19,825 bases of DNA from a candidate division WOR-3 bacterium (GTDB taxonomy: Bacteria; Hydrothermota; Tepidihabitantia; SM23-42; JAOAFX01): contig JBBILZ010000045.1 of assembly GCA_037444665.1 (NCBI GenBank), positions 1 through 19,825 on the forward strand. Reading direction: 5' to 3'. Numbering within the stretch: the stretch's first letter is position 1; each line of letters starts with the position of its first letter. A program made the translations under genes and the position numbers. Shown here one piece after another: positions 8,101 to 17,100 of the stretch. The notes below the pieces were generated by a model that did not search any database, was not told where the DNA came from, and worked only from the letters and a program-made list of their open reading frames with translations.

Positions 8101-8682
8101 CTTAACGGAAATTTTTCTCAGTTTCTGGTAGACTATTTCGCGGCTTGTGTGTTTGTAGACTTCTTCGCTAACATATATTTTACCGCGCGGTGCTGCACGC
8201 TGGAGACGCTGGGCAAGATTGACTGCATCACCCATTACAGTGTAACCGCCAGGCCTGCCCAGGTCTCCAGTTGCTACCAATCCATAATTTACACCAATAG
8301 AAAGAGATAGTTTTTGGTCCTTTTCCTTATTTAAATTTACAATCTCTTTTTGTAGATCAAGGCTGGCAAGCACTGCCCGCAAAGGGTCATCTTCATGGGC
8401 AATTGGTGCGCCGAAGAGCGCCATTATACAATCACCAATGAATTTATCAATATAACCCTCATAGTTTTGAATGATACGGGCAAGGCGTTGTAAACACTGG
8501 TCAATCAAATCCTTCACTTCTTCCGGGTCAAGTCTTTCTGAGAGGGAAGTAAATCCAGATATGTCAGCAAAGATAACGGCTACGGGGCGACGCTGCCCGG
8601 ATGAGCGTATCAACTGAAGACCACACCGACTACAAAAATTTGCGGTTTCTTGATTATTGTAGCCGCATCTCGGACATATCAT
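5182..8682 (-). CDS. STAND-type class III adenylate cyclase: zinc ribbon + cyclase + NTPase + TPR array
   Basis: CPRCG..N...ANFCSRCG; IFADISGFT, DKFIGD, YTVMGDAVNLAQRL; Walker A GEAGIGKT, Walker B LILDDCHW; many TPR repeats (e.g. GDKKGMGVAYCNLGNVY). Confidence 0.93.
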   Translation of the reverse strand: MICPRCGYNNQETANFCSRCGLQLIRSSGQRRPVAVIFADISGFTSLSERLDPEEVKDLIDQCLQRLARIIQNYEGYIDKFIGDCIMALFGAPIAHEDDPLRAVLASLDLQKEIVNLNKEKDQKLSLSIGVNYGLVATGDLGRPGGYTVMGDAVNLAQRLQRAAPRGKIYVSEEVYKHTSREIVYQKLRKISVKGRKEKVLVYIPIKAKAKYGQRKIEEIPMIGRAAELNRLNKIFQEIKSGRGRIVAIIGEAGIGKTKLVYEFKKQLDKNIFIMEGKGIEYHSNSPYFLLKEILKKVFGIVDTDTPAEISNRILSFIEKMDDSVLKIKISYYKYFLSADLTKTERSHFDSMKVEDRSRLLLEAINRLFFKLASVKPVVLILDDCHWIDKETLEFVNDFASTIGYKPIVILKLSRPGYDISKIKHLPYFNLLELKPLAENETITLLKTLIHCDKIADNLLKLLLDKSGSIPFYISELATSLIKDNIIYVQGGIAQINENLHIAIPRSLDELIMTKIDRLPTDLRYVVNIAAVIGEQFSFRLLNALIPGKERLRQNLVYITQQNIIQSIGEKTSADEEKFSFTHSIIRDAVYNSLLKKEQKEYHQKIGYIMEKIYSLTIDEYFDALSNHFYLGGDLVKAVEYMEKSGDQKKDLYLNDAAIEIYKKCLEMIPDSMAGMTARIYEKLGIIYELIGNYQSALSSYRSILKYAQGDSILNARSLRRQANVIKNLGDYDRALELLSKARDCLKLAKDLSNKNVLMELSNISSLECWLYRIKGKMEIAEKKGLEAIEIVKGIKDWQWDSGLKQTLTRAYNNLSVVYCIKGEFTQALELCQKALNNAEETGDLKSKVDAFNIMGTVFKARVDYERAIDSFTMNLKISEELGDKKGMGVAYCNLGNVYQHKGEYTTALDLYQKFLQISQELGDKSGIGTASNNMGIIYFNMGNYDRALKFFEDYYRTSQELGDKRGEAIACGNMGEVLMNQFEYNKAKVLFTKYLKISELLSDKRGIGSASYNLGQVFLQLGRLNLANKYLAAAKNIFEKINNKIFIGLVMNSIARINIKKNKIKESLNILNSTLQIAEETKSEDLKVECLINLGRAYSKIDEKKAKQFFGEAINLCEKNRYQKLLGDINYEYATFLKKIQSSEAKKYFNQAEKIYKALKIKKKP

Positions 8683-9197
8683 TTTACCACCATCGCTTTT
8701 AATTCAGCCACCTCGCTCAACAGAACAGTTATCTTTAATTCCTGTGCTGTTCCCTTTTTATAGGGTATAGTATTCAATGTTTTTTCTGCATAATCAATGA
8801 TTGTCATTGCTTCATCAATGTGAGTTCTACTGATTATTTTTTTGCGTGCCTGTTTCAGAACAGTTTCAAGATAATTCAAGGAAAAAGGCATTATCATACG
8901 AGGCGATTTTTTTACTTCAAATAAATAAAGTTCCCCGCTATTATCATCAATCTCTCCATCACATTTATAATAAAATCCAACAATACTGATTGTTTCTGGC
9001 GGAACGATTACCGCATCAAAGTGGGTAGTAAAAAAATGGGCTTCTGTTGAATCCCATTTTTCACCGTTAAAACTGTAGTAAAGAGCTAGGCTATTCACAT
9101 TTTCTTTTGGTGAAATCCTAACCAAAAGATTGGGTGAATCCTTTAAAAAATATAGATTTAAATTTGCAACCAGCATTATGGTTATTAATCCAATCAT
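8679..9197 (-). CDS. Hypothetical, probably exported protein
   Basis: 172 aa, SD AGGAGG, short hydrophobic N-terminus, beta-rich first half, helical C-terminus. ATGA overlap with the cyclase. Confidence 0.75.
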   Translation of the reverse strand: MIGLITIMLVANLNLYFLKDSPNLLVRISPKENVNSLALYYSFNGEKWDSTEAHFFTTHFDAVIVPPETISIVGFYYKCDGEIDDNSGELYLFEVKKSPRMIMPFSLNYLETVLKQARKKIISRTHIDEAMTIIDYAEKTLNTIPYKKGTAQELKITVLLSEVAELKAMVVK

Positions 9198-9205
9198 AAA
9201 ACCTC

Positions 9206-9643
9206 CTATAATTTTTTTGCCATTACATAGGCATCAGTGCCATCAAGATAATAGTTTTTTCTAATGGAATAAATTTGGTAACCAAACTTTTTATAAAAAT
9301 TTATGGCATTGCCATTGGTAACCCTTACTTCAAGGTATGCATATATACAATCACGCTCTATAGCAATTTTTTCTATTGCATCAAGAAGCCTCGTACCTAC
9401 GCCTTGATGTTGATACTGAGGGGCAATGGCAATATTTGTAATATGAACTTCATCAGCAATACAATCAGCAAGTGCATAACCGACAATACAGTCAGCGTTA
9501 TCGGCAACGAGTGCAACGGTATTATGTTTTTGCAAATCATTTTCAAAGAATGACCTGGGCCAGGGATTGGGAAAGACCTGCGATTCAATGGTGTATATCT
9601 GGTCAATATCTGAAAATCTCATTGGTCTGATTGAATAATCCAT
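9206..9643 (-). CDS. rimI: Ribosomal-protein-alanine N-acetyltransferase (GNAT)
   Basis: IE...F..PW, HITNIAIAP.YQ.QGVG, LEVRVTN..AI.FYKKFGY, RKNYY..G.DA.VM; follows tsaB. Confidence 0.92.
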   Translation of the reverse strand: MDYSIRPMRFSDIDQIYTIESQVFPNPWPRSFFENDLQKHNTVALVADNADCIVGYALADCIADEVHITNIAIAPQYQHQGVGTRLLDAIEKIAIERDCIYAYLEVRVTNGNAINFYKKFGYQIYSIRKNYYLDGTDAYVMAKKL

Positions 9644-10371
9644 TATTTACGCACCCCTGCTTCGGCAGATGTTTTTTTAATGTAATAAGGCTCAAGTAGC
9701 TCAGGGCTATCATACTCCTTTTTTCTGATTCGGGGCAGTGCCGTCGTAATTGCCTTTGCCGCTGATGGAAAAAAAAGTTCGGCATCCAGTAAAATTATCT
9801 GTTCGGATTTCTTTATAAATTTGGCAAAAGTACTATGCTGTTTAAGGATTTGAACACCGGGCCCTAAGATGATAATTGTATCCTTCTGTTTGAATTTATT
9901 GTTGATATATTTTATAAGGAAATCAGGTGTGATTAATAAATCCTGACCAATCCTTTTGTGACGCTTGTAGAATGCTACATAAATTTCATTCTGAAAAGCA
10001 TTGATGACTGGAGCAATTATGATTCTACCATCAATTTTATTTTTGAGAATGATACCAGGGAAAGATACTGCAATTAATTCAAGCGTATTAACTGTATAGA
10101 TTGGAATATTGCGGCTCAAATATAGTCCTTTGGCAAAGGCAAGCCCCACGCGCAGGGATGTAAACATTCCCGGACCGATTGTTATCGCAATGGCATCTAT
10201 CTGTGGGTTGTTCATTGCTTCTAATAAATATTTAAGGTTGCTGAAAAAACCCGCATCTTTACTATTTTTATAAAAAGAACGTTCACATCTCAATTCATAA
10301 AGAATCTTTTCTTCTTCAACCAAGCAGATTGAAAATATTGTTGACGATGTATCAATGCCTAAGATCTTCAA
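9643..10371 (-). CDS. tsaB: tRNA t6A biosynthesis protein TsaB
   Basis: MKILGIDTS, GPGMFTSLRVG, C-terminal LEPYY; lies between tsaE and rimI. Confidence 0.9.
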   Translation of the reverse strand: MKILGIDTSSTIFSICLVEEEKILYELRCERSFYKNSKDAGFFSNLKYLLEAMNNPQIDAIAITIGPGMFTSLRVGLAFAKGLYLSRNIPIYTVNTLELIAVSFPGIILKNKIDGRIIIAPVINAFQNEIYVAFYKRHKRIGQDLLITPDFLIKYINNKFKQKDTIIILGPGVQILKQHSTFAKFIKKSEQIILLDAELFFPSAAKAITTALPRIRKKEYDSPELLEPYYIKKTSAEAGVRK

Positions 10372-10786
10372 TGCAGATCTCCCTTTGATTTTTTCCTTTT
10401 ACATTAAAAAAGATATACAGACCAGCATTTTTTTGCTTTGAAAAATTTGGCAATCTATCTGCCCATTCAATTATTGTTATTCCATGGTCGTCGTAGTATT
10501 CTTCAAGATGGAGCGAATTGATATCTGATGTGCTCAGTCGATAGAGGTCAATATGGCAAACTTTTAGTTTCCCCTGATATTCGGAGACAATCACAAAACT
10601 GGGACTGGATACTACTTCTTTAATTCCCAGTCCCTTGCACAGACCCTTGGTAAAGGTGGTCTTTCCACTACCTAATTCACCAACGAGGTAAATAGTATCA
10701 CCCGGTTTTAAGTATTGCGCATACTCGCGCGCAAGTCCAATCGTTTCGGCTCGGGAGCGGGTGATATATTTTTTTATCTCAGGCAT
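10352..10786 (-). CDS. tsaE: tRNA t6A biosynthesis ATPase TsaE
   Basis: L.GELGSGKTTF, SSPSF, HIDLYRL, IIEWAD. Start placed at ATG 10786 (MPEIKK, 8-nt overlap with the coaX end) rather than 10813. Confidence 0.93.
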   Translation of the reverse strand: MPEIKKYITRSRAETIGLAREYAQYLKPGDTIYLVGELGSGKTTFTKGLCKGLGIKEVVSSPSFVIVSEYQGKLKVCHIDLYRLSTSDINSLHLEEYYDDHGITIIEWADRLPNFSKQKNAGLYIFFNVKGKNQREICIEDLRH

Positions 10787-11507
10787 TATAGTAATAAAGA
10801 TTAAGGATGCCATAATGGATTAAATCATGGTCATAAGTGTCTATTTCAGGAATAAGACCAGATATTTTTTTGACATCGCCACCAGTCGCAATTATTTTGT
10901 AATGCTTGCCCGTGGTTCTTTTGATTTTTTGAATGAATCCCTGAATACCAAATTTTATTCCATTGATAATACCGGAGCGGATACATTCATTTGTATTCTT
11001 TCCTAAAATGGAGGTGGGTTGTTCAAGATGGATATTTTTTAATAATGCAGTTCGTTGTTTAAGGCTCCACAACTGTGTCTTTAGACCGGGCAGTATTATT
11101 CCACCTAAATGAATAGCATTTTTTAATATAACATCACAGGTGATTGCGGTGCCAAAGCTTAGAATGATTAAATTTCTGTGATAGCGTGTAAACCCACCGA
11201 CAATATTGGCGATGCGGTCTGCACCAAGATTTTTATAAGCAATCTTAACAGGCATTTTCAATGTGGAACAAACAACGATTGGTTCTATCCCAAAACTTTT
11301 CTTAAAATAACTGGTCAATTTATTGCCCAATATGGGGACTACTGAGGCAATTCCAACACCTTCAATATTTTTTGTGCGGTAGAGGTTTTGAAAAAATTTT
11401 TTATCTATTCCATATTTTCTTGCATATTTTTTATTCATAACCATCTTTTCTTGATAATACAATCCAATATGAATGTTTGTGTTTCCTATATCAATGGTCA
11501 GTATCAT
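10779..11507 (-). CDS. coaX: Type III pantothenate kinase
   Basis: TIDIGNT, ASVVP, LGADR, FGTAIT.D, GGIILPG, GKNT.ECI.SG, ATGG. Confidence 0.93.
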   Translation of the reverse strand: MILTIDIGNTNIHIGLYYQEKMVMNKKYARKYGIDKKFFQNLYRTKNIEGVGIASVVPILGNKLTSYFKKSFGIEPIVVCSTLKMPVKIAYKNLGADRIANIVGGFTRYHRNLIILSFGTAITCDVILKNAIHLGGIILPGLKTQLWSLKQRTALLKNIHLEQPTSILGKNTNECIRSGIINGIKFGIQGFIQKIKRTTGKHYKIIATGGDVKKISGLIPEIDTYDHDLIHYGILNLYYYNA

Positions 11508-12202
11508 GACAAACGAGTAACATCACCATAATAAATCTTTTTTATTAACCCATCTTCGGTGCGAACCAGTAATGTCCAGTCTTCGTCAATATTGTGGATT
11601 ATTCCTTTTATCGTCTCCTTTGATGATAGCTTAACTTCAATCGGTTCACCCAGACCACTGATATAATGATAAATAGCTGCAGGTTTGAATTTATCTGCCT
11701 GAAGATCATCATATAAGATCCAGAAATTTTGTAAGGTTTTATTAAGTATTTCATCCAGATTGTAGGTCTTCCCTGTTTCTATAAATAAAGATGTAGCATT
11801 CGGCAATTTTGACGGCATTTTTTTCACATTCACATTTAGACCTATTCCGCAGATGACCGCATCATTAAATTTTTCACATAATATACCACAAATTTTTTTA
11901 TTATTAAGGAGCACATCATTGGGCCAGTGGATGGACAGGTTTGTAAAATTGAATTCTTTTAAAGATTTAATAACGGAAAGAGCAGCAATCAACGGAATTG
12001 TATTTATCTGTTTTGCTGGAAACATAAGGATAGATAGATATATACCACCTGAAGGAGAATACCAGTTCCTTTTTTGTCGTCCCCTGCCGCGGGTCTGGGT
12101 ATAGGCAAATACTGCAATCTCCTTTTTGTTTTTAATAAATCTTTTAAGCACATCCTGGGTAGAGGTTACCTGCTTAAATTTTAATAATTCGCGCACCATC
12201 AA
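11504..12202 (-). CDS. birA: Biotin protein ligase without N-terminal HTH (monofunctional)
   Basis: STQD, QTRGRGR..RNW.SP, WPND, KKICGIL, GIGLNV. The protein begins at the catalytic domain. Confidence 0.92.
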   Translation of the reverse strand: MMVRELLKFKQVTSTQDVLKRFIKNKKEIAVFAYTQTRGRGRQKRNWYSPSGGIYLSILMFPAKQINTIPLIAALSVIKSLKEFNFTNLSIHWPNDVLLNNKKICGILCEKFNDAVICGIGLNVNVKKMPSKLPNATSLFIETGKTYNLDEILNKTLQNFWILYDDLQADKFKPAAIYHYISGLGEPIEVKLSSKETIKGIIHNIDEDWTLLVRTEDGLIKKIYYGDVTRLS

Positions 12203-12702
12203 TAATAAATCTTAAGGCTTGCACCTTCAAATGGTTGATGGCCAGTTTTTATTTTTAATGATTCGCCATCAAACCAATTGGTGCTTGCAATGCTCACAAC
12301 AAATCTATATTCATCGTTATCTTCAACCACGAGGTCGCTGAATGCAGTGGCATTAAATTGATAAACAGAATCAATTAACAGAGCGGTTGAATTATCAATC
12401 TTATAAATCAATGAATCAATCGTTATACGCATGGTTTTATAAGTTCCCGGGACAATTGAAATATAACCATTTGTGATGCTACAAAAATCTTCGCCATTTA
12501 CCGGCACCATAACAATACTACTACCTTCCCAGAGCGTTGTATATTCTTTATTTTGTAGCATTTCAATTTTTGAAACCCGGATAATCATATCACCAAATGT
12601 TCCGGCAAGAAGTGCGCTATCATTAAATCCAATTTCAACAGTTGCATTCTGTGCACAACCAATTAATAAAATTCCGAACAGAACGCAATTAATTAATTTC
12701 AT
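12199..12702 (-). CDS. Hypothetical beta-rich lipoprotein, first gene of the minus-strand operon
   Basis: Lipobox LLIG-C, SD AGGAGG. 'PGTYKTMRITI' resembles DUF4382-like lipoproteins (tentative). Confidence 0.75.
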   Translation of the reverse strand: MKLINCVLFGILLIGCAQNATVEIGFNDSALLAGTFGDMIIRVSKIEMLQNKEYTTLWEGSSIVMVPVNGEDFCSITNGYISIVPGTYKTMRITIDSLIYKIDNSTALLIDSVYQFNATAFSDLVVEDNDEYRFVVSIASTNWFDGESLKIKTGHQPFEGASLKIYY

Positions 12703-12717
12703 AAAACCTCCTGATTA

Positions 12718-12745
12718 ATTTTATTCCAAAATTAATATAAGTCAA
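12718..12745 (-). promoter_or_regulatory. sigma70-type promoter for the lipoprotein-birA operon
   Basis: TTGACT (12745-12740), 16 nt, TAAAAT (12723-12718), then taatc AGGAGG tttt ATG. Confidence 0.7.
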
Positions 12746-12748
12746 TGC

Positions 12749-12776
12749 TTGACTTTTGTCAAATTATATTTATAAT
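12749..12776 (+). promoter_or_regulatory. sigma70-type promoter for mglBA, probably leaderless
   Basis: TTGACT (12749-12754), 16 nt, TATAAT (12771-12776), 6 nt, ATG (12783). No SD. Confidence 0.75.
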
Positions 12777-12782
12777 GTTATG

Positions 12783-13277
12783 ATGCAGGAAGGTATAAAT
12801 ATTTTTGAAGAAGATTTCTGGGCGATAACTGAAGCCCTGAATCGTCTGCTTCAGGGAACCAATGCCCGAACGATCTTACTTATTGATAAGGCAGGACAAT
12901 TAATAACATCTGCTGGCGATACAACAAGAATGGATGTGTCCTCCTTTGCAACATTATCTGCGGCTGATTTTGCAGCAACAAGTCAATTGGCAACATTGAT
13001 TGGAGAAAAAGAATTTTCTACATTATTTCACCAGGGTGAAAAAGAGAATCTCTATGTCTGTCTTGTTGCAAATCGGGTAATTCTTGCGGTGATATTTGAC
13101 CAGCGAACCACCCTGGGATTGGTGCGGGTAAAGGCAAAGAATACTGCTCAGGAACTGGAAAAGATTTTTGAGGACATCTTCAAGAAAATAGGCAAAGACC
13201 AAATTTCTCAGAAGCCCTTTGATATTGATTTTACAAAGGCAGCAGAAGATGAACTTGATAAACTATTTGGATTTTAG
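12783..13277 (+). CDS. mglB: MglB roadblock/LC7 protein (GAP for MglA)
   Basis: LIDKAGQLI, LATLIGEKEF..LFHQGEK, VIFDQRTTLGLVR, C-terminal ELDKLF. Closely resembles Myxococcus MglB as I recall it. MQEGINIFEEDF lines up with its N-terminus, favouring ATG 12783 over TTG 12756. Confidence 0.93.
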   Translation: MQEGINIFEEDFWAITEALNRLLQGTNARTILLIDKAGQLITSAGDTTRMDVSSFATLSAADFAATSQLATLIGEKEFSTLFHQGEKENLYVCLVANRVILAVIFDQRTTLGLVRVKAKNTAQELEKIFEDIFKKIGKDQISQKPFDIDFTKAAEDELDKLFGF

Positions 13278-13296
13278 ATTAATTAGATTTAATTAA

Positions 13297-13878
13297 ATGG
13301 CATTAATAAACTACGCATCAAGGGAGATCAACTGTAAGATTGTATACTATGGACCGGGACTTGGTGGAAAGACCACAAATATAAAGTATATCTATACAAA
13401 ACTTAATCCTGAAATAAAAGGGAAATTGATAAGTTTGGCAACTGAGCTGGACAGAACCCTATTCTTTGATTTTCTTCCAGTTGACCTGGGAACAATAAAG
13501 GGGTTTAAAACAAGATTTCATTTATATACTGTACCCGGACAGGTCTTTTACAATGCATCAAGAAAATTGATACTGAAAGGTGTTGATGGTATTATATTTG
13601 TGGCTGATTCCCAGATTGAAAGGTTTGATGAAAACATTGAGTCCTTTCAGAATATGGAGGATAATTTAAGAACTTATAATATTGCAATAGATAAGATCCC
13701 TTTAATTATTCAATATAACAAAAGGGATCTACCCAATATTACATCGGTTGAAGAGCTTCAAAAAGTTCTTAATCCTCAAAACAAGTATCCTTATTTTGAA
13801 GCAGTTGCTGTGCAGGGTATAGGTGTATTTGAAACATTAAAAGAGGTCTGTAAAAAGGTGCTATTAACCTTATCATAA
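13297..13878 (+). CDS. mglA: MglA small Ras-like GTPase
   Basis: INYASREINCKIVYYGPGLGGKTTN, DRTLFFDFLP, TRFHLYTVPGQVFY.ASRKLILKGVDG, QYNKRDLP. Confidence 0.97.
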   Translation: MALINYASREINCKIVYYGPGLGGKTTNIKYIYTKLNPEIKGKLISLATELDRTLFFDFLPVDLGTIKGFKTRFHLYTVPGQVFYNASRKLILKGVDGIIFVADSQIERFDENIESFQNMEDNLRTYNIAIDKIPLIIQYNKRDLPNITSVEELQKVLNPQNKYPYFEAVAVQGIGVFETLKEVCKKVLLTLS

Positions 13879-13879
13879 A

Positions 13880-14155
13880 ATGGCTTCACAAATATGTAGC
13901 CGATGCCAGAAAATAATCAATCCTGGAGATCTTTTTTACCGTTTAATCATAAAAATCTTTGCTGATTTTGATGGAATTATTAACATAAAAGATGGTAATA
14001 TTGATATACAAAAGGAAATAGAAAAGATAAGAGCAGTGCCTGAAGAATTGCTTGAAGAAGAGGTATTTAAGGAGTTTAACTTTGTCCTGTGTCCGAGGTG
14101 TAAAGAGATATATTGTGCAAATCCATTATATCTTCCTTTAGGTGAAAAATATTAA
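13880..14155 (+). CDS. Small acidic putative zinc-binding protein
   Basis: CSRC near the N-terminus and CPRC near the C-terminus. Starts 1 nt after the mglA stop; 91 aa. Confidence 0.8.
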   Translation: MASQICSRCQKIINPGDLFYRLIIKIFADFDGIINIKDGNIDIQKEIEKIRAVPEELLEEEVFKEFNFVLCPRCKEIYCANPLYLPLGEKY

Positions 14156-14174
14156 TAATGCAGGTTGAAATAAA

Positions 14175-17100
14175 GTGAAACCTTTTATCCATCTTCATAA
14201 TCACACAGAATATTCACTACTTGACGGAGCGATGGCAATTGAAGAACTCGTAAAACTGGCTCATAAATATGAGATGGATGCGCTGGCAATAACTGACCAT
14301 GGAAATCTTTTTGGTGCTATAGAGTTCTATAAAATTGCCCGAGCAAGGGGGATTAAACCGATCATTGGCATAGAAACATATGTTGCCCCGCGTTCGCACA
14401 AAGACCAGTCAAGGGATAGTAAAATACCTGAATCTTCTTTTCATTTAACACTTTTGTGTGAAAATGAAACTGGCTATAAGAATTTGATAAAACTTTCATC
14501 AATTGCCTATCTTGAAGGTTTTTATTATAAACCGAGGATAGACAAAGAATTATTAAAAACCTATCATCATGGCCTTATTGGTTTATCTGGTTGTTTTAAG
14601 GGAGAGGTCCCATATCGCGTAAATATGGGTGATTTAAATGGTGCAGAAGCCGCTTTAAAAGAGTATCAAGAGATATTTGGTAAGGATAATTTTTATATTG
14701 AAATAATGCAGTTAGGCTTAAAAAACGAAAAAGAGACCATAAAAACACTCCTTGAGTTAAGCAGAAAATATGATGCACCACCTGTGGCGACCAATGACTG
14801 CCATTATTTTTCTCCTGATGATTATAAGGCGCACGATGTATTATTGTGCATTGGGACCAGGAAGACCCTTGCTGATAAAGAAAGATTAAAATTTGAAACG
14901 CATCAGGCATATTTTCGTTCACCTAAGGAGATGTCCATTCTATTTGAAGAACTGCCTGAAGCCTTATCCAATACGCGATTGATTGCAGAGCGTTGTAATC
15001 TACTCATTGATACATCGGGGAAGGATGTTAAATTGCCAAGCTTTCCCAGACCCGAAGCATATGAATCAGATTTTGATTATCTAAAAGATTTGGCTCTGCA
15101 GAATGTAGAAAAGAGGTTTGCGCAATTGACCGAAGAGATAAAAGAGCGTTTGAATTATGAACTTAAGGTTATTAAAAAGATGGGGCTTGCAGGATATTTT
15201 TTGATTGTGCGCGATATAATCCAGTATGCAAAAGAACATAATATACCAGTGGGTCCTGGTAGGGGCTCTGCGGTTGGAAGTCTTGTTTTATATGTGCTTG
15301 GTATTACGGATGTTAATCCATTAAAATTTAATCTATTGTTTGAACGGTTTTTAAATCCAGAGCGTCTCAGCTTGCCCGATGTTGATATAGACTTCAGTGA
15401 TACGCGACGCGAAGAGGTGATAGAATATATAAAACAACGGTATGGAGAAAAGAATGTTACCCAGGTAATAACCTTTGGCACAATGCAGGCAAGGGCAGTG
15501 GTAAGGGATGTGGCAAGGGTTCTGGGTATCCCTCTTAACGAAGTGGACCAGATTGCCAAGATGATTCCTCATAATAAAAAGATTGAGCAGGTCATTGAAG
15601 AGAATAAAGAATTCAAGAAGGTTATTGACTCTAAAAAAGAATATAGTGAATTGATTGAAATAGCACGAAAATTAGAAGGGCTTGCCCGCCATCCCTCAAT
15701 CCATGCTGCTGGTGTTGTTATTACACCTAAGGAACTAACCGAATATGTTCCTTTATATAAGAATCCAGAAAGGGGTGATATTTCCACGCAGTATGAAAAG
15801 AATGCGCTTGAGTCAATCGGGTTATTAAAGATGGACATTCTTGGATTGAAGACCCTGACCGTGATTGATGAATGCCTTAAGGCAATAAATTTGCAAAAAG
15901 AAGATATTCCATTTGATGATAAAGAGACATATAATCTACTAAAAGAAGGTAAAACAATTGGTGTATTCCAGCTTGAAAGTCAAGGTATGCAGGAATTACT
16001 CAAAAGTATGAAACCGGAGAAATTTGAGGATATTATCGCGATTATAGCCCTATATCGTCCTGGTCCAATGGGTAATGTAAATATCCAGAACCTTATTGAA
16101 AATAAAAATAATCCCAAAAAGATAAATTATTTACACCCGAAATTAGAACGGATACTCAAAGAGACCTATGGCACTATCCTGTATCAGGAACAGGTAATGC
16201 AGATTGCCTCAGAGGTTGCAGGATTTACCCTGGCAGAAGCAGATAATCTGAGGCGGGCAATGGCAAAGAAGAATCCTGAATTAATGCAGGAATTACGCGA
16301 AAAGTTCATAAATGGTGCTTCAAAGAATGGGATAACAATAGAGATAGCAGAGAAGATTTTCAATCAGATTGCCCCTTTTGCTGGTTATGGATTCAATAAG
16401 TCCCATGCGACTGCATATGCAGTGGTTGCATATGAGACCGCATATTTAAAGTGCCATTTTAAATTAGAATTTATGGTCTTTTCATTAAATAGTGAAATAA
16501 ATGATACAGATAGAATCAATGTCCTTATTAAAGAAGCAAGGAGCCTTGGTATTGAGGTATTGGCACCAGATATAAATAAAAGTTTTAATAATTTTTCAAT
16601 TGAAGATAGTTCAATAAGATATGGTTTTGCCGCAATAAAAAATCTTGGCCAACCTGTTGCTGAGGCGATTGTTAATGAAAGAACAAACAGGGGCCCATTC
16701 CGTTCTTTCTATGATTTTCAGAGGCGGAACAAAGGTTTGAATAAAAAGGCAATTGAATCATTAATAAAAGCGGGTGCTTTTTCATCCCTTGAACCAGATA
16801 TTGGTAAGTTATTGAATAAAATGACAGAGCGGGAAGCAGAAGGTGCCCAGGAATCATTATTTGGAGATGGTGGACAGAATAAAAATAATCAGCAATCTGC
16901 TAAACATATCAACTTAGATTATTTTGCTATTGAAAAAGAGGCTTTTGGATTCTATTTTAGAGAGCATCCCCTTGAAAAGTATAGAAATGAGTTTATCATA
17001 ATGGGATTTACACCATGTTCTGAAATAAATATGTATGAAAATGGAAAAAATCTGACCATTGGTGGAATATTGAGTGAAAAGAAAATAAAAAAAGATAAAA

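Noticed and set aside
10787..10813. Longer TsaE start
   Set aside because: Would overlap coaX by 35 nt; ATG 10786 gives the usual TsaE length and short overlap.
3973..12718. Short ORFs overlapping the minus-strand operon (e.g. 3973, 6985, 8041, 9275, 9397, 9603, 11853, 12473)
   Set aside because: Entirely or mostly within conserved genes; no independent evidence.
12756..12782. N-terminal extension of MglB from the ORF track (TTG start)
   Set aside because: Overlaps the promoter spacer and -10 box; homology starts at the ATG at 12783.
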